DNA of 64,000 nucleotides from Chrysomallon squamiferum (GCA_012295275.1 CM022673.1:9424001-9488000), one strand, 5' to 3'; positions 13,782 to 29,161 are shown, counted from the first letter of the stretch. The notes: a model not told the origin generated them from the letters alone. Numbers and translations are program-made.

Positions 13782-14851
13782 TTTTAAACACCTACATATG
13801 GTTGTCACTTTATTAAAAGGCTTTAACAAATAATGAATTTAATAAATAAATAAACATGTATGTTGAGTTTTGTGGGTTAAGCTAATGAGAGTTCAACAAC
13901 TGATTTTTGCTATTGAAAATTAAATTATTAGTTATCTGTGGTTCTGTGAGAAAGGAAACCTGCTATATGTGTGGTTGATATTAAACTCACTTTTTTTTCT
14001 ATCAGAGTTATCAACAAGCATGCCTGTCCTGGCCAAAACCTTTGACCTCACTGCAGTGTTCTGATGAAACCTGCTTCTGCAGAGCCAAATAATGACTGGA
14101 TTATAGTTTAGTTATTTCAAAACTGGTCTCCTGCAGTTATAATCATGTGATCAAACCTTGTCAGCTGTTCTGCAGGTCTATTTCCCATTCCAACCAATGT
14201 TTCTATTAGCAAAGCTATGTCTTTTATAATTGCTAATTGCTCAGGTTAGATTTTATGGAATTCACACATCAGGTTTCTTTTCTCAAATCATTATACAATA
14301 AAACTAGAGACATAATAAACATTAATATTAAAATATGTTCAACTTTTGTTAAAAAAGATAATATTAATTAATTAATTTATTTATTAATCTATGGAGTATA
14401 TGTCTTTCAATATATCCAGAAACTTCCATACAGAATCTTGCTCACAGACATGAATGTACCTACCTCAGCTACTGATTCATCAATCATGGAGCCCTGGTTA
14501 GAACAGGATTTATATGCAACTCATCACCAAATGAGTTCAATAAAGACTGAACCAAATAAAGAGAATTCGCAGCAGACACTTTGTAGACAGTATAAACACT
14601 ACTAACAAATCAATAGTGATTAGTTCTGTTGTAACATATGGCAATATGAAATATCTGTGTGTATACAACAAATTGATTCTGTGAAATAATTAAAGTAATG
14701 GAACCATTCCCTTGATGAGATGTGCACTGCATGTGTCAGACACAAAGTAATCAGAACTTACATACAGATATACACACAGCACTGTTCAGAATATATATAT
14801 ATATATATATATTTTTTTTATTATTATTATTTTTATTATTATAATTTATTC

Positions 14852-14882
<31 letters not shown>

Positions 14883-15295
14883 TTGTATAGAATTGTTTCA
14901 ATAATATAAATTAATTTTTTTTATTATTGCTTGTATAATAAATATAATTATTCTTTGTGTTTGAAGCTATTTCAGTTGCATTTTTTTTTTTCTGGCTTTT
15001 TTGTTTTTCTAGCTGTTTATCTCTCTATCTATCTAATGACATATTTATCTGTATTAATTTTTTTTTTTCCCCCCCCGTATTATTTTTTTTTTATCTTTTT
15101 ATTTGTGGAAGTAAAATTTATTTTTTAGTTATCTTTTTGGTTTATGTTTTGTTGTTTTTGGTTGTTATTGTTGTTTTATAATGTTATTTAATCATGTTAT
15201 TACCTTTCAAGGTAATTGTTTTATCTTCACAATTATTTTAATTTTATTTATTTATTTATCTATTTACATTGTTACTTATTTAAATTTATTTGCTT

Positions 15296-15344
<49 letters not shown>

Positions 15345-15592
15345 AAGATAATCACTATACACTATTATCTAGAATTATTTAAATAAATAAATTTATAATC
15401 TACTTTTTTCACAATCACTACACCACACAGTTTTATACAATCACCGACTGATAAATAAAAACTGTACCAGACGAAACATCTGTGAAATAATCTAGTAAAA
15501 TGTACAGGTTATAGTACATGGCTAATGTCTGGTGTCATACTTATCTCATACCTACTGCTGTGTATGTACATGTAGATGAATACCAGTTAGAT

Positions 15593-15709
<117 letters not shown>

Positions 15710-17851
15710 ACAAACAAAATGTTAATGTTGTGGTTTTAAAAGTTAAAAAAACTAGTTACATATGTCTAAAGGCAGTGGTGGTCTCAATCACTTTCTTTTT
15801 TTTCATGTCTCTAACCCACACACTTGTACACCCACATCAACATCGTCCCTTACAACCACAACCACACAGACAGGCAAACAAACAAACAAAACCTTAAGAC
15901 ACATACGACAAAAGCATAATTACAATGAAACACATTTGGATATCATTAATCAAAAACATAATTACAACTCAGACCCATCTGCCCATGTCTATCCATCTAT
16001 CTGTCTGTCTGTCTGTCTAACTGTCGATCCATCTATCTACCCACCCCTACCAATTTGTCTTTCAAACGTAGATTTACATAAAACTCATGCAAAAAACCCA
16101 GATAAGAACAGTCAGACATATTTTATTTGCATATCAAGACAGACACAAACAGACAAGACCATCTCAACAACAGATTCTTAAACACACATTTCCATAATAA
16201 TACATATCACTGAGAGGGTTTAACTGGGTAAATGTGTACAAGTCATAAGATGAATGTTTGGGATATGCATGTGTATGAATGAATGACTATGCAGTATTTA
16301 TATTTAAGTATGAATGAAAGTATATATGAATGCATAAATGAATGAATGCATTGTGGTATTTATATGCATGTGTGAATGAATTCAACGTGGTATTTATATA
16401 TGATAATCCGTATGTGTATTTTATTTCAGTCTGCTGGCTAGATATCACAAGCAATGAAGAATATATTCATGCTTCTAAAAATGATAAATGCTTTGAACAA
16501 GTCACAAACAAAACTAGATAAGAAAAAAAGAAAAAAAAAAAAAAAAAAAAAAAAACTTTCTATCCTACCTTGTTAAAAAAAACAAAAAATGGTCTTGATT
16601 ACGAAGCAAAAACAAAAGCAAACACTAAATACTCTCTCTCTCTCTCAGTCTTACCTGAAAGTATTTACAAAGTGACCTGTTTACTTGGGAACAATTACAA
16701 TCATGTAAACAATGAGAGTATTAAAACACAGCCACACCCCTTTCGCTACAGCAGGATGTCAAAATGAACATCTCTTCAAGTGACGCAAACGGAGAATGAT
16801 TTCAGAGAGATTGTGTTAAACTTCAGCTTACAGTGACACACAGTATCATCTTTCTCATACATGATACTCTATTGTGTCTATCAGGTTACTGTGATCTTGG
16901 GGGAGGAAGATGCAGGGGGAGTACTGATGAAGAGGTGAGGGAGTGTGTAAAGAAGAAGTGGGAGAAGGTGGGTAGGGAAAACGGGGGGGAGTGAAGTTCA
17001 AGAAACAGCCCAGTGGTAAAACGTTTGTCAGAGTAACACTGGGCTTTAGTGATGGCATATTAGGTTATTTCCCATTCCAAGCATTACTCAGTCTGCTGTG
17101 CTTGAGTAAGTTCATTTAAAGGATTTAAAAGTCTGATGGGAAATTATTTGAAAGCATTATGAAATAAAATAGAAAATAGAAAAAAAAGAGAGAGAGAAAA
17201 CTAGACACAAAGAGACAGAAGGACAGAAAGAGAGATAGAGATAGCGACAGAGAAACAGAGGAATGAATTTGTAAAAAAGGAAGGAGAAAGAAAATGGACA
17301 GAGAGACAGATGCATGATGACAGAGATGGGAAAAAAAGAGAGAGCAAAATATAAAATGACAACAGAAAAGAATGTAAAAAGAAAGAGAAATGTAAGGGCA
17401 AAGACAAGACTAACGAAAATGACAAACAGGAAACTACAACAACAAGCACATGTTTGAAACTTGTCTAGAAATTAGTCACATAATAAATAGTGTCATGTTA
17501 ATATCAAGAAACCATCTGATATATATATATATACAAACACACAAGTTTTAATGCTTTAGAAACTGATTTAAATGGTGTTATGTCTATTAATAATTTAAAA
17601 TCCATATTGCTTATGTATGTGTTAATATTTTAGAATCCAACTCACCCATATCTGTTAATATTTTAGAATGTATCTTACTTACATGAGTAAAACTATTTAT
17701 CTGCTTACAACTGATAAAAGAATGAAGATGAATGTGTGAGTGGGATAGACAGGATGTCTGTGTTGAATAGATAAACACAAGGAAGTGTGGTAGTTATGTA
17801 TTATACAGTGCTTATCTCATGTTCGCTAGGTTGTGGGATCAAATCAACTCT

Positions 17852-17883
<32 letters not shown>

Positions 17884-19044
17884 CTTTTCTTATTTTTATT
17901 TTAATATCATTATAAATTATGTGATTCATATCTAATATTAACAACTGTAAAAGAGAATTAAAAAAAAACAAAAAAAAAACCTGAAAGAACATTAAAGAAA
18001 CAGAAAGGAGACTAGAAGACAGATGACACAAGCAGAAAACACTCAGTGATATAATTATACATTAAACCAGCAAGAAATGATATAAATGTTTTATCTGCAC
18101 ATAAAAAAAAAAAATTAAAAAATATATATTTTTTTTTTTTTTATTTCACTGGATTTAAGAAAATGACAAAGTTTTATCTGCACATAAAAAAAAAAAAAAA
18201 AATTATTATTATTTTTTTTTTTATTTCTCTGGATTTAAGAAAATGACAAAGTGCAGGTTACTGAGTTTATGTAGATGTTGTAACATAATACTGAAAACTA
18301 AAAATGTATTAAGGGACACTGCTGAACAAACAGTTGATGAAACAAGATATCAAACAGTGCAACATCAACTGATGTGTTTGTTCTTTGTATGCAGGGCTGG
18401 GGATATTATTGTATTTGTATTCATATGCACCACTGTTATATTAATATTGCACACAGAGGTTGAATATTTGTATTTAATTCATGAAAAAAGATGGTGTTTT
18501 CTTTTCCTTTATTTTTAATTTTTTTTTTACTCTTTTATATATTTATTCATTCATTTATGGTTGTTGTTGTTGCTAATAATATTGTTATTATTATTACTGC
18601 TATTATAATAATTTTATTATTATTATAACTGTTATTTTTTCATTATTGTTATATTAAATGTAAATTAATCTTTATATTTATCAGTGCTGTTTTTGTTTTT
18701 TAATTTAATATTTTAACATTGCAGTTTAAAAACAAATAATAATATTAATAATAATAATAATAATAACAATAAAGCTGAAATAAATAAATAAATTAAAATA
18801 TTACATTGTATTCACACAAAATAATAATGTTTTAAGATGAAGGTAATTTTTTGATTTTTTTAGTAACAGTTTACATATCAAGAGAATTCTACTACACCAG
18901 ATATTTTTTGTTCTAAAACTATCCTTTTAAAAAAAAAAAAATGACAACATTAAAAACAACAAACAACCTCATCTTCCAGTCAGCAAATGACTTACCTCCG
19001 ATAAAAACAACCTTCAGACTATTTCTCTATTCTGATACCTGCAC

Positions 19045-19141
19045 ATTTAGCACCTGATATACTCGAGAATAAACGATGGTTCAGTTGGAAGCAATGTGCA
19101 TCTTGCACAGCCAGCTTTACAATGTTTGTGCACATGCAGCT

Positions 19142-19172
<31 letters not shown>

Positions 19173-19311
19173 ATTTGCTTGTTTTAATAACATTTTCACC
19201 TGATTCCTGGAAATAACCAAGGCTTATCTGTCAATTTAATTTGGAACCAATCTTATAAAACTAGTTTTTCACATTCTTTTTTTTCTCTCTTTTTCTGTAT
19301 GTCTGTGTGTC

Positions 19312-19393
<82 letters not shown>

Positions 19394-19690
19394 TGTATGT
19401 GCATGCCTATTGTTTGTTTTAACAACATTTTCACCTGATTCCTGGTAATAAACGAGTTTTACCTGTCATTTTATTTGGAGGTAATGTCCATCTTAATCAA
19501 CCTTATAATAGAAAATGATATTAACAGCCTACTTTCAGTTTTTACCTGTGTTTATACATGTATAGTATTTTTACCCCTTAGTACTTACTTTTTTTTTAAA
19601 ACTATTTTTTCACCTGACAACTGAAAATAAATGCCAACTTACCTGTCGACACATTTGGTAGCAGTATGCATCTTAACAACCTTCTTTTAC
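19045..19690. repeat. Four diverged copies of a roughly 80-bp module
   Basis: CACCTGA..aataa..ttacctgtc..ttgg..catctt variants at 19051, 19197, 19432, 19611. Confidence 0.65.
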
Positions 19691-19734
19691 ATTCAACTAA
19701 TGTTTTTTCACATGGCATATGTTGAAAAATAGAA

Positions 19735-19789
<55 letters not shown>

Positions 19790-19985
19790 CTATATATATA
19801 AAACATAAAAAATAAGCCTTATTGTTGTGTTGTTTTTATTGCCACACCTAATCATGTTACAGTACTTGTGAATTGGTCAATTTGGCAAACATACAGCTTT
19901 TTTTGTTTTCTTAAATTCTCAGGTTCTTTTTGTTATTGTGTTCAGGTATAACAGCATGGACATGACACAGTTGATTTTGTAGATG

Positions 19986-20077
<92 letters not shown>

Positions 20078-20542
20078 AAGAAAAAGAAAGAAATAGCCAG
20101 AACAGATGAAGAAAAACAGAGAAAGAAAGATAGAACCAGATAGATAGAAAAAGAAAAGCAGATCTGAAATTCAGAACAACAAAGAAATAAAGAAATAAAA
20201 ATTACTGAACGTGGAGCCAGTTTGAAAATGGTTTTGTAAGATCAGGAGAAATTTAATTAAATTTAGGTAGATAATTGGGTAACTATATATTTAATTAACT
20301 AAAGATTCTTATCCTAGTCATCTATCTTCCTACATACTGGTTGTTGGTATTCATCAACTTACAAACAACTCATATTAATGGTAATTTTTTTTTTACTATA
20401 ATTAATTTAGCCTCTGATATGTATCCCACAGAAAGATAAAGAAAGTCTGTGTTTTAGTCTGTACACTTTTAGTTAGAGGCAAAATGAAAAGAAATAAAAA
20501 GGATAATAACAACAAAAGGAAAAGAAAGAAAACAGAGTTAAT

Positions 20543-20635
<93 letters not shown>

Positions 20636-20761
20636 TCGGTGGATAGATGGAGGCAGTGATACAGAGACACACTCACAGAAAGACATTCAGAGAAAAAGCA
20701 GAGAAATAAAGAAAGAAAATCAGAAAGAATGTGAAAGAAACATATATGCAGAAAACCATTT

Positions 20762-20839
<78 letters not shown>

Positions 20840-22502
20840 ATACAGGAGAAAGAAAATAATTAAAAACTGATATAAAACAGAAACAGAGAGAATTAAAGAG
20901 AAATACAGAAAGTGTGCAAAAGAAATGTTCAAAAGAAAGAGAAAGTGACTGCACGGGAAAAAGGATAAAGCAAACTGATGAGATGCAGAGAGATACAGAC
21001 TTCTAAATTACACCAAAAAAACTTTTACAAATGAGGAGTAGCCTCTAAGTACCCAACAAGAACAGATTGTACAGCAGATAGCTTGTCGGAATCTCCGAGG
21101 CAAACACAACATCGCTGCCACGTGTTTTTTTCAAATGGCACAACGATGCAGCAAGAGGCGAAACAAAACCAATTTACCGATCTCTTTCATCCCGTCCATC
21201 TCTCTTTCTCTTCTTACACACTCCAACGCTTTCCTTGTTTTCTTTACCACTTGTTGTTTATTTTAGTGTGTTGTACCAAAATAAACACCCTAATTTACAA
21301 GTTCTCTCATCATCCCCCAAAAAACACATATACGTTTTGCTCGAAACATGGATGTTTTAGTAGAGATTTTATTTATGTTTGTGGCATCTTTTTGATGTTA
21401 TTTCTGATGTGTAATGTTTGGTGAAATTTCAGTTTTGTAAAAATCAGTTAAGGTAGTAAAATGAAATTGTTTAGTATTTTTATTATTATTATTATTGTTG
21501 TTGTTGTTGTTGTTGTTGTTTATATTAGTGTTGTACAAGTATACTTAATGTTAGCATAACCAACACTAGTATAAATTCTAATATATATATCAGATATACA
21601 GAAATACACATACATGCACATGCACACATGTACACACACATATATACATACATATAAACACATAAAATACATAAAAAAAAAAAAAAAAAATTATAGAGGA
21701 TAGATATATAGAATGAATGAATGAATGAATGAACGAATGAAGAATGAAAGCAAAGAAGCCAGAAAAGATATCTATTTATGACCAGCTTGAATAGGAAACA
21801 ACAACACTGTTGTGTAACAACCATCAATTGAGGATGTAATAACATTTTTATTACACCTGTAATTTATGACAATAATAATACCACTGACAGTTATTATCAA
21901 CTAGTATAAGCATGGTTTTATTATCATCATCATCATCATCATTGCTGTTGCTGCTGCTGCTGCTGTTGCTACTGCTGCTGTTGTTACCATATGTTTAATT
22001 TCTTTATTGCACTTAAATAACGTTAAATTAATTAAAATGTTTAAACGATAAATTTTTCATTCAAAATACTATAAACCAGCTTTTTATATTTATATGTGTA
22101 CTGTGGAATATTCCAGTTATTTACTAGTACATGGGACATACCAGCTGTTTGAAACTTCTCTATTGATCACAGATATATGTTTATGTTCAAAATATTGCTG
22201 ACTGCACCAAATCCACACAGAGTTTCTGCTTACATCTAAACATATTGATTACGAACTATAGAACAGTATACCAGTTTTAAATATTTATAGAAATAGAATA
22301 GGTCTGTGTTTTTTTTATGTGTTCATGTATCTATGTATGTATGTATGTATGTATGTACATATGTATGTCAATGTATGTCAAAGCACGTTGGTGTGTAAAC
22401 GTGTATATATAAACAAGTGAAGACATAATTATAAATAAAACTGCACCATATTATTATTATTAACCACATATTTTATATGTGTGTCTGTGTGTGTGTGGTG
22501 TG

Positions 22503-22563
<61 letters not shown>

Positions 22564-22878
22564 GTGAATGAATGAATGTATGAATGTAATTAACTAACTT
22601 ATGTATGTGAATGTACATGTGTGTATGAAGGAAGCTATTTTAGTCTGGCAGTTTAGTATGTCTGTATATTTATATTATAAATTTTATGTATATATTTTCC
22701 ATGCCCCACTACATAAATCAGAATAATATAAACCCTCACATTTTTTACAACTACAGTACTATTCTACCCTTCATTCACTGATAATAAACTTGGAAACCAC
22801 AAACATTTACCTCAGTTAATCAAGTGAATCAGAATGCAAAATAATATTACATTGTGACCTATTAAAAAACATTGTAAC

Positions 22879-22912
<34 letters not shown>

Positions 22913-23741
22913 TATTTTCTTTCCATTATGAAGATAAAAATAAAGAATAAGTTGTAAAAGCACACGATGCATGAAATAACACTCCGTATGTGATGATGTT
23001 TAATTTTAAATGATATTCCGCCAGTGAACCCAGTTCAAGTTGATAAGAGTTTTTTTTTTTTCACACATGAAACTGATAACCTATCTGTTCATGTAGCAAT
23101 GGCCACACACTGTTATTACACAGAGCGAAGTTAAATTTATAATTAAATTTTAAATTCTTTTTTTCTTTTTTTTTTTCATTAACTTATTCCTGAAACAGTG
23201 TTAGTAATTAATAATGATCTGTATTATGTAAAACTTCAATAATTAATTAATTTTACTTATAAATATACTAAAATTTAATCATTTACATTGGTAATATTAC
23301 AAAAATTTAATATAATTAACTTATGTTTTATTAAAATAAGAAATTTAGATATTACAATTTCTAATACACATAAACGTTAGTATTCAGTTCACTTGCATAA
23401 TATTAAAACAAAAATAATATTACTTAATATTCTACAGACGTTGTACATATTTACAAAATATTAATAAAGTAAATAATGATAAAGTATGATATGGTATAGA
23501 AAAACAGAAAAAAAAAAAGTTAATCTTAAATTCTAAAGTCTAATACAGAGAAGTGTATTACCCTTTACCACAAAGTCAGCTGATATGGATAAGTTTATCT
23601 ATGACACTATTACATGTCACAACAACTCACCTACTTTTCCACTGCATAATTTAAGAGGTAGTAAAAATATTCAAGATTAACATTTCAACTGCCATAAATA
23701 GCCCTTTTTATTATAAGCTGTTTAAAGTGCCATTAAAAGTG

Positions 23742-23803
<62 letters not shown>

Positions 23804-24777
23804 ATATTTTTTTTTTTATATATATAACTTTAGTACTTGATAATGTTGGTGAATAAAACAAATTATTTCTTCTTCTTCTTCAGCTGTATTATTATTCTAG
23901 CAAAATCAAGACTTGGACTGTTTAAGTCTGCCAACACAACAACAGTGAAAGGTTTAACAGGGCTTTAAGATAAACAGTAATGAAAAAAAGATATATTTAC
24001 ACTTACCTTTTTCACACAGGTAAAACCATACAGGTAAACCACACTTTCTGTATGAGCACAGGTAAAATCAGAAGTAAACTGTACAGTGAAAATCACAGAA
24101 GTAAAACCACAGGTATTTATTTATAACACACAGGTAAAAAAAACAAAATCACACAGATATACAACACAGGTGAAACCGTAAACAGGTAACACAATCAAAT
24201 TATCCCAATGTCTTAATCCGTTATGGAATAATGCACCAGACACATTAACCCACAGTTACTCACACACAATCCATTTGTAAAAAAAAAACACAAAAAAAAA
24301 AAAACAGCTGAACAAATCCTTGAATCACGAGAATAAAGAAAACTGAAATCAGCCAAGCTGAAGAAAAATCAGGTAAATGAGGAGAAAAAGTGTAGAGAGG
24401 TGCTGCAGCATATTAAAAATGATGTTAACACACATCAGTCTGGGCTGATAGTGCAATCTGTGTGTGTGTGTGGAGTGGCGGTATGAGTATATACGGAGAT
24501 CGGAAATAGTGTACAAGCCTGAACTGTAAAAAATACTCCAGTTAGACTCATGTTTACACTGCCACTGGAGAGTTAGCTAATGTGGGATGCAAACAGGACA
24601 GAATGAGAAACAGAGACTGACAGACAGCTCTTTGCCTGCATATGTGGGAAACACACAGAGAGAAAGAGAGAGAGAGAGAGAGGAGGGAGTGAACACACAC
24701 CCCTATGCTTGTACGAGATAAAGAAAGAACTGGTAACGTTGTGTTAGAAAAGAAATAAAATAATAAAGAGGGAGGGG

Positions 24778-24873
<96 letters not shown>

Positions 24874-25696
24874 CAGGGTAAAGTGAAAAAGAGAGAGGGA
24901 GAGAGAGATATGGAAAGATTGAGAGATTGAGAGAATGAGAGAAATAGCTCCAACACAACTAATCTTAACTAAGAAAGAGAATGAAAGAACTTGTAATTCT
25001 GTTTGAGAAACAAAAAATGAGACAAAAATGAGTCAGATAGACAGACAGAGATAGACAGACATAGATAAACTGACTGTAATTCACAAAGCAAAAGAGAGAG
25101 AAAGATAATATAAAAAAAACCAGAGAGAGAAAAAACCTGCCTGCTTCCTTAGTGTTTTCTGCCTGGGACTCCCCCTGTGTTCACAAAGATGGTGTGAACA
25201 CACATTAGTTATGAGTTGTTCGGTTGAGGATTTGGAGAGGGAACAGTGTGTGATGGATGATGGAAATGAGTTTTTGTAATTGATTTTTTTTTATTTGACT
25301 GTAATGACTCTTTTAAATCGTGGGTAACTGGGTTGTTTGGGATTTTAAAATCTATTTTTCTTTTGTTTATATTTTTTATTAAAAAAAAAAATTAAAAAAA
25401 AAATGTATTTATGTATTTTAAAAAAATGTCATGCATGTATGTATTTATATATTTTTGCATGTATTTCATTTTATTTTATTTCAATTTTATCTGTATGCAT
25501 GCAATTTTATTTTATTTTATTTCATTTTCATTTCATTTCATTTCAATTTTATTTTATTACTTTATTTTTGTTATGTATTTTAGGGATAATTTTTCAACTG
25601 GGAGATAGGGTATCATAATTATTGTTTTCTGCTTATGTGGGTGGTATTCGTTTTTTCTTCATTATTAAAATCTTACTTTATTCTTCTTTTTTTTTT

Positions 25697-25728
<32 letters not shown>

Positions 25729-26830
25729 TAAATTATTAAATAATTTAAATCATTGTAACAGTTAATAATCCAAAGTACAGCTCATGATTTTGTTTCCTTT
25801 TTCTTTCTAAAATAATTTTTTTAGGAAACAGATGGCTATCTGTGACAAAAAGAGGTCTTTTGTTAAACAGAATTATCGTGCTTGAAAATTATAGCTTGCT
25901 GGTGACAAATATTAATTCACACCAAAGAAACAGGTTTTTTTTGTTATTTGTAGGAATGAGTAATACTATAATTAGGTCGTCAAAAAGAAAGAATTCTTAA
26001 TAAAGTGGGGAAGAAATATTTTGGAAGAGTTTTCTGGGGTTTATTTGTTTTTATTGTTTCAAATATTTTAAAAGAAAGAAAGAAAAAAAAATAGAGACAG
26101 AAGAAAGAAAAAGTAAATTAAAGAAAAACAATGAAAATGAGTGAAAGAAAAAAAATAAAAAAAGAAAATAGATATGAAAGAAAAACAATAAAACAAAGAG
26201 AGAGAGAGTAAAAATAGAGAAAAGGAAAAGAGAAACAATGATAATATTAAGAAAGAAAGAAAGAAAAACAAAAGCAAATGAAAAAAATGAAAAAATACAG
26301 CCTTAGAAAGCCAAGTGTACAGAGGTAATCTAATAAATAAATAAACAAAATTTTAAAATTAACTTTAAAATAAAACAAAACTGAATCAAATTAAACTAAA
26401 ATTTAAATATATAAAGCAACAAAAATTTTTAAAAAAAAAATTAAAAAATGAAAATAAAACAATAAAACAAAATAAATAAAAATGAAAATAAAAATACAAC
26501 AGAACAAAATAAAATAAATAAAATAAAATAATAATGAAATAATAAGAAAAATTAAGAAAAAAAAAAATTGGGATGATCCCCCACTTAGGAAATGACTCAG
26601 ATGAAAGACTGATGTAAAACAAAGTGTTACTCTGTTATAACATCTTCATACATTTTGAATTGGAATGACTCATCACAGCCTGCTTAAACTTTATTATTTT
26701 AACCTTTAATTTGCATAAATATGATATCATCCTCAAGATAATGATTGGTAGAAAGGCAGACAAAGAGAGAAAAATTAACTGAAAGGAGAAACATATTACA
26801 AGACGCCACAAACATTTTGTACACGAAGAT

Positions 26831-26930
<100 letters not shown>

Positions 26931-29161
26931 TGATAATTAAAATCAGAAATAAATATACATGTTTTTCTAGATGACATAGATATACAGTATACAAAATAAC
27001 AAAGATAAGAAAACAGGTAGACAGAAAATGGGAGATATAGAAAAACTAAGAAAGAGAGAAAAAATAATACAGAGAGTAAGAAAAAGAAAAAGAAAGAAAA
27101 TTAAAGAGAAGAGGGAAGAGACAAATATACAGGAAAGAAAAACAAAAAAAAAACAACGAAGAAAATAACATTAAAGTAACATTTAAATAACTTTTAAAAC
27201 TAATAGGCCAGCAATTAAATCTAAATCGTTATGACCCTAATAACCAATGCAAACATTGAAATAAAAACTCCCAGCTAATCATTATGTCATTAAGGAATGT
27301 CAAACAAGGAAAAAAAAAAAAAAAAAAAAAATCATTTCAACAAATAATGTTTAGATTTACTCAGCTCTCTGAAAGATTTATAACAAAACTGTGACGCTAA
27401 ATCTGTCAAAACTCCAATAACAGACATCAAAACCTTCATTTACAACTAAGAGGGATAACAAACCAAAAAAAAAATTAAAAATTAAAAATTAAAAAACAAA
27501 TTAAAAAGCTAAAATTTCAAAAAGCTATCAATCACTTGTTACATTAAACACAGATTATCTGGACTAAGGTTTCGACTTTCATTCTCTTGTCTACAGTTCA
27601 CATCGATATTGATGTTAGAGATTTTTTTAGCTGATGACTTTATGAACAGAAGGAACCCAGATGAAAGGAAGATTGAAAAATCGAAGAGAAAATGAAAGCA
27701 CAAAGCGAAGCACAAAGAGAAAAGTCGAGCGATTCCAGTTGTCGGAAGATTGATTACCTGCACACGTTTTGCAAGGTGCACGGGCTTGCACTACCTGTAT
27801 TTTTGACAGGTAATTACAAAATGAGAACAGGTATGAAATGTTTTAAGGTGTATTCATGTCCATTGCTGAGTTCTTTTATTACAAAAAAAAAAAAAAAAAA
27901 GAAAAGAAAAAAGAGAAATAGAAAAAAATAGAAAGGAAAAATGGCAGATAAAGAAAGTCATTAATTTTGTTTGTGAAAAAGAATTGTAAAAAAATGGGAG
28001 ATATGTTGTATCCTTGATTAAAGTGACTGAATAAAATAAAACAGAGCAAGATATTTTCTTTAAAAATATTCCTGTATATGCTGTCTTAGTTTTATTTGAA
28101 AAAAAACAACAAAAAAAACAACCACCCCTGCAAACCCCCCTAAAAAAAACAGCCATTAATTTTCCTTGTAAAATAACAGCAGAACTGAGATATCCATAAT
28201 CAAAATGGAAAAAATGAAAACAAAAAATGAAATTTGTAAATTTATTCCTTGTCAGTGCTATGTTATTTTGCATGAAAGAAGAAAAAGCACTGTTCTGAAG
28301 AAGGCAAAGGTCAAATATCGGTGTTTGAAATAAAATAGATGGAAACATGAAACTTTTTTGAAAGCATTCTGCTGCCAATGGCATGGGGAAAAAAAAAAAA
28401 AAAAAAAGGAAATGAAAAGGGTCGTTAATTTTATTTTCAAAAGGATGTGAAACTATTATTATGTAAATGTATCATTAAACCAGGTTTTGAATTGAATTGG
28501 TCAGTGTTGTTTTACAGACAGCAAAGGTATCGACATAATGGAGTCAAAATAAGAATTTAAAAAAAAAAAAAAAAATTTCCCCTCCTACCTTTTACAATCA
28601 ACATTTAGTGTGATATTGTTTCTTTTGTGTTGTTTTTCTTTGTTTGTTTTATATTTCAGTAAAATGAATGAATAAAAAAATAAATTTGAATTTAAGAAAA
28701 AAACATGTTTCTGTTTTCAGAAACAAAATTTTTTTTATGGAATACTGAGAATTTTTATAATCTTAAATTTGAAATTTAAAAAATAAAGCATTATTTAAAT
28801 TTAAATAAAAAATAAAAATATTAGAACTGCAAAAGGGAGATAATTTATGTCTGTTTTAAAACAAGCTCTGCTCATGTTGCCAGTGTGTCATTTGAGACCT
28901 ATGAGCCATCAATTAGAATCAGGCTTCTAGAAAACACTACAATGTCTGCTTACAGCTCAGCCAATCAGCCGTTCACTTTGAAAAACTAATGAGAAGTGAC
29001 AGAGAAACACAAGCTAAAAAATTAATAATAATAATAAATAAATACAATTAAAAATAAAATCATACAAAACCATGCATAATTAAGTTAATGGGTGGAGGAA
29101 ATGAACACAAAAAAAAATGATGGAAGTGAAAAATGACAAACAAAAAAATGAAGAGAAGTTG

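Noticed and set aside
27740-27810. dsRNA-binding-domain resemblance of YLHTFCKVHGLALPVF
   Set aside because: Only a loose match to the first helix; the rest of the domain is not seen
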